A DNA stretch of 64,000 nt from a virus. Lineage: Duplodnaviria > Caudoviricetes. Each line of letters begins with the position of its first letter. Positions within the stretch are counted from its first letter, which is position 1. Location of the stretch: the IMG/VR virus record IMGVR_UViG_3300037484_000435, positions 481,323-545,322 of that record. One strand, 5' to 3'. Under the pieces are notes generated by a model, which saw only the letters and a program-made list of their open reading frames with translations, was not told where the DNA came from and ran no database searches. Both the position numbers and the translations under genes were made by a program. Below, in pieces: positions 61,277 to 64,000 of this stretch.

Positions 61277-61885
61277 GTAATGTCAGTTTCATGTTCTATT
61301 TGGCATCATGGTTTGGCGGGTTCTTTTGAGATGAACGAATCAGAATTTGAGGAACTCAAACAAATATGTGAAGGAACACCTGTAAAGGTACAGCAAGCTT
61401 TTGTTACTAAAAAGAAATGGCGACAGCATCAACTTCCATTCGGGCACGTTAAATCGCTGGTATTAAACATTCTGGCCACCCCGCCGAAGAGACGCAAACC
61501 TCTCTACGACAACAACGAGCTGTTCACACCACCTCCTGAGGACTTCTTTCTGACTGAACCGATGGAACGACATGAGGACGTGGGATAAAACATGACACCA
61601 CAAGATATCAGAAAGCTACGAATCAAAAATCTCAAACAGTATGTGGACCCCATCCATTTTGTCCGAACAATATTGGGGGAAAAGACTACCTACTTGAAGG
61701 ATGTAGAGGACCTAACTGACGACGATCTCGCACTTGTATGGGAACAAAAATGTACATACGGGATTGAAAGACAAAACATCCTAAATCAGTTAGACCGTTT
61801 GATTGAGGACGCGTATACCAAAGGAAAAAACTACCGTGGAGAAGAGTTGGGCAGACTCGCAAGGGCAATTGAAAGAGAAACTTGA
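61277..61885 (+). other. Two hypothetical CDS (start near MSVSCS to 61588; 61592-61885)
   Basis: RBS gaaagga; start coordinate of the first is approximate. Confidence 0.55.
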
Positions 61886-61958
61886 GAAGTTGGTGACTAC
61901 GCGCAAAGAAAGGGAACCCAACGGAACCTTAGGTGTCTAAAAAAGAAACAAGTACAAT

Positions 61959-62036
61959 CGCGGGATAGGGGAGAGGCCGTCCCCACCAGTTTCATATGCT
62001 GGAGATCGCAGCGTTCAAATCCTGCTCCCGCTACCA
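61959..62036 (+). tRNA. tRNA-Met(CAT), initiator-like, encoded CCA
   Basis: CGCGGGA/TCCCGCT-A-CCA with unpaired C1; ccagt-ttCATat-gctgg (lacks the fMet triple G-C anticodon stem). Confidence 0.75.
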
Positions 62037-62046
62037 TATTCAAAAA

Positions 62047-62164
62047 CCAAAGATTATCTGAAGGCTGAAGAAGCCGGGTAGTGGTATCAATTCCCGAAAA
62101 TCTTTGGGCGGAGGAGAGGGACGCCTCAAGTGGGTGCTAAGCAGTGTCAATCCCACCCTCCGTA
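62047..62164 (+). ncRNA. Two back-to-back mini tRNA-like units lacking an anticodon arm (62047-62107, 62108-62164)
   Basis: 9-bp and 7-bp closing stems, each with two hairpins ending ...gtRtcaat(t)ccc. Confidence 0.4.
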
Positions 62165-62172
62165 ACGTCTAT

Positions 62173-62327
62173 CCTGGGCTAGTCAAGGATGATAGACTAG
62201 TGCATTCTGAGTAAGGGAAGAAACGAAAGTTGGCGAGTAACTAGGAAAGCGCGCCTAGCGGAAGTCAATGAGTAAGGTCCAACAGAAAGGAATGTAGCAG
62301 GGTTCGATCCCCTCGACCCCGGGACCA
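62173..62327 (+). ncRNA. tRNA-like RNA C (155 nt) with anticodon loop replaced by a large structured insert
   Basis: cctggg/cccggg-A-CCA; D-like agtc/gact; gcattc/gaatgt stem enclosing the insert; aggg-ttcgatc-ccct. Confidence 0.55.
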
Positions 62328-62452
62328 AAAAATAGTGGGTAAATCTACTACACACGGAGGGCCGTAAGGTATCGCTCCACCAGAGTAGGTTTCGTAAGTC
62401 CCCCTCGGGCGTCGTTTGGGGGAGCCCTGCTTTTGAAGATGTGCCTCACGAT

Positions 62453-62529
62453 GGGGGTGTAGCTCAGTTGGCTGGAGCGCGGTCCTGATAAGGCCGAGGA
62501 CGGAGGATCATGCCCTCCCACCCCTACCA
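62453..62529 (+). tRNA. tRNA-Ile(GAT) with non-canonical T-loop, encoded CCA
   Basis: GGGGGTG/CACCCCT-A-CCA; cggtc-ctGATaa-ggccg; ggagg-ATCATGC-cctcc. Confidence 0.85.
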
Positions 62530-62578
62530 CAAAAACTAACCATTCTCCTTTGGTAAGAATACGAAAAGGAGATTTACA

Positions 62579-62653
62579 ATGACTACATTACTTATTATTA
62601 TTTTGCTTATCTTTCTTCTAGGTGGTGGAGGATTCTGGTACCGAAGGAGGTAA
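62579..62653 (+). CDS. 24-aa membrane micropeptide MTTLLIIILLIFLLGGGGFWYRRR
   Basis: Manual translation; RBS aaggag. Confidence 0.7.
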   Translation: MTTLLIIILLIFLLGGGGFWYRRR

Positions 62654-62656
62654 ACC

Positions 62657-62734
62657 ATGGACTTAACAACCTTGTTAATTGTGATTTTGATTATCATGCT
62701 GGTTACTGGGGGTGGCTTCTGGTACAGAAGGTAA
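62657..62734 (+). CDS. 25-aa paralogous micropeptide MDLTTLLIVILIIMLVTGGGFWYRR
   Basis: Manual translation; RBS aggagg formed by the upstream Arg codons. Confidence 0.7.
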   Translation: MDLTTLLIVILIIMLVTGGGFWYRR

Positions 62735-62739
62735 GATTT

Positions 62740-63290
62740 TTGGGTACCACTGGTTTATACGTATGTGTGCTCCAGTTGAAACGCAAGCGGATGGACAGAC
62801 CTATACTACGATAAGCTGGTGCATGGTTTGGGGAGCTACCAGGACCCCATTAGCCCATGTTTTATGCAAACAGGTAGGCACTGGGACCTACCTATTTAAT
62901 TTAAGTACCGTTCCTAGAGACCAGTGTTTGACAGCTGGAGTCAAATGTCATCCCCAGCGTAAGCTGGTAGGTCTAATCTCTTGGCCCTGTAGAGAGACGC
63001 CGACTACAGGCTGAAAAAATATCGGGCGCTTTTATCCTCCCCAAAGCGGTAGGGTATATTTCTAGGAACAAACAAAATAACCAGTTGGATCGGAAAACCG
63101 TCAGAGCGGGAGGGAGACTTTTTTCTCTGGCAATAACCCCCAACAAACTAGGGAGGGCGGTAACCTTCCACAAGAAGGCATCGTGCTGATGTCACGAAGA
63201 AGCTCGACTTGCCCTTAACGAGCTGCTTTAAAATAACCTAAGGTGCCCCCTCGGCCACGAGAGGGTTAGAATAGTGGCACAAGGAAAGGA
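62740..63290 (+). ncRNA. Candidate large structured ncRNA region (~550 nt)
   Basis: No convincing RBS-led ORF; many stems (gtagg/cctac, tttgac/gtcaaa, ccagc-gtaa-gctgg, ctgtag/ctacag). Confidence 0.35.
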
Positions 63291-63296
63291 GGACAG

Positions 63297-63725
63297 ATGT
63301 TTGGAATCCTAATTAGAGTTATGGCAGCATCCGTAAGAATCATACCCGCCACCGCTATTGTGGGGGTATTAGGCTATCTAGGTTTTGATGGCCTAAGAAA
63401 ATATTTTGATTCTAAACCAGAAAAATTCGAAGATTACAACCTCATGGATGAGGCTGAAAGAAACAAGCGAAAGGAAGAGGAGAAAAAGTAAATGTGGCCA
63501 TTGTTAGTTAGGTGGGCCGCTGTAGGAGCGGCGATGTATGTAGGTTCAAAGATAGCAGAGCATGTTTGGGCATCTGCTAACGAAGATGGTTGGATCAGTG
63601 ACGGTGTAAAGGAAACTCTGGAAGGGCTAAAATACACCCACACAGGTCGTAAACCAGACGTGTCGGCGGTACCCGAGTCAAAAGGCTATGTGCCTATGAA
63701 AGATGTGCCGAAAGATAAAGTATAA
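63297..63725 (+). other. Two small hydrophobic-N-terminus CDS (63297-63491, 63492-63725)
   Basis: RBS-preceded, abutting. Confidence 0.6.
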
Positions 63726-63731
63726 ATAACT

Positions 63732-63807
63732 GGGCCTTTAACTTTGGTGGTCAAAGTGCCCGCCCGAAGAGCGGGAGAATCACGTTCAACTCGTGGAAGG
63801 CCCACCA
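63732..63807 (+). tRNA. tRNA-Phe(GAA) with C33, encoded CCA
   Basis: GGGCCTT/AAGGCCC-A-CCA; cccgc-ccGAAga-gcggg; tcacg-ttcaact-cgtgg. Confidence 0.82.
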
Positions 63808-63883
63808 ACACTTCTTATTTAATTTTTGTTTGAAGGCTAGTCGCAAGTCTATTTTTGTGTTTGAAAAAGGAAAGGATTAGAAA

Positions 63884-64000
63884 ATGAAAAAGCCGGTTTT
63901 GTTGTTTGTCGCGTTTATTCTCGCAATAGCGTGCGTCGTAAATGCAGGAGGGCCAATACACAAAGTATTCGTTCCCCCGCCGCCACCCCCCAGAGGAAGT
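63884..64000 (+). CDS. Secreted protein, truncated by window end
   Basis: MKKPVLLFVAFILAIACVVNAG signal peptide; RBS aaagga. Confidence 0.6.
   Translation, partial: MKKPVLLFVAFILAIACVVNAGGPIHKVFVPPPPPPRGS

Noticed and set aside
3763-61868. Numerous 60-180 aa ORFs antisense to or nested in the plus-strand genes
   Set aside because: They are shadows of real genes or tRNAs (e.g. 57520-57735 and 62348-62530 are antisense to tRNAs) and lack SDs and motifs.
62203-62290. ctgagta...gaaa as a hammerhead ribozyme core
   Set aside because: Does not fit the CUGANGA consensus, and the stem arrangement is incomplete.
62712-63014. 100-aa ORF in the ORF track
   Set aside because: The start overlaps the micropeptide gene without an SD, and the region looks like structured RNA.
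63100-63290. Fragments reminiscent of RNase P RNA (cggtaaccttccac, agtggcac) or a tmRNA tag
   Set aside because: The universal GAGGAAAGTCC and 3' P4 motifs are absent, the order is wrong, and there is no tag reading frame.
1-64000. Alternative genetic code (stop-codon reassignment) suggested by the internal TAA at 53340
   Set aside because: Genes are dense and intact under code 11, all three stops are used as terminators, and no suppressor tRNA was seen; this is a single isolated case.
1-64000. CRISPR array or cas genes
   Set aside because: No regularly spaced direct repeats seen; the RuvC/HNH proteins are TnpB/IscB-sized with omega RNAs.

Overview
This window looks like a 64-kb fragment of a large, tRNA-rich (jumbo-like) bacteriophage genome. 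That is an inference from the dense, translationally coupled small ORFs, scattered tRNA genes, free-standing homing endonucleases and an RNA ligase; no capsid, terminase or polymerase gene lies in the window. The host is probably a diderm bacterium (OmpA domains, lipoprotein, Tat signal, type IV prepilin). A short minus-strand block (1-2952) is followed by an almost entirely plus-strand region. Main contents: (i) four IS200/IS605 OMEGA elements (two TnpB, one IscB with its omega RNA, and an orphan omega RNA with no ORF), with no tnpA in the window; (ii) a complete deamidated (Preiss-Handler-type) NAD cluster nadD-pncB-nadE plus NAD kinase; (iii) a tandem array of five Cys6His2 mini-domains running into an RNA ligase; (iv) about 13 kb of small, often zinc-ribbon, hypothetical genes; (v) 11 recognisable tRNA genes, several with non-canonical arms, plus several tRNA-like RNAs with large structured insertions; (vi) a 10-kb envelope operon (two substrate-binding/OmpA fusions, vWA lipoprotein, TelA, NitT/TauT-type ABC transporter); (vii) HNH and LAGLIDADG endonucleases, often preceded by hairpins that overlap the ribosome-binding site. 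All family calls come from motif recognition by eye, not database searches.
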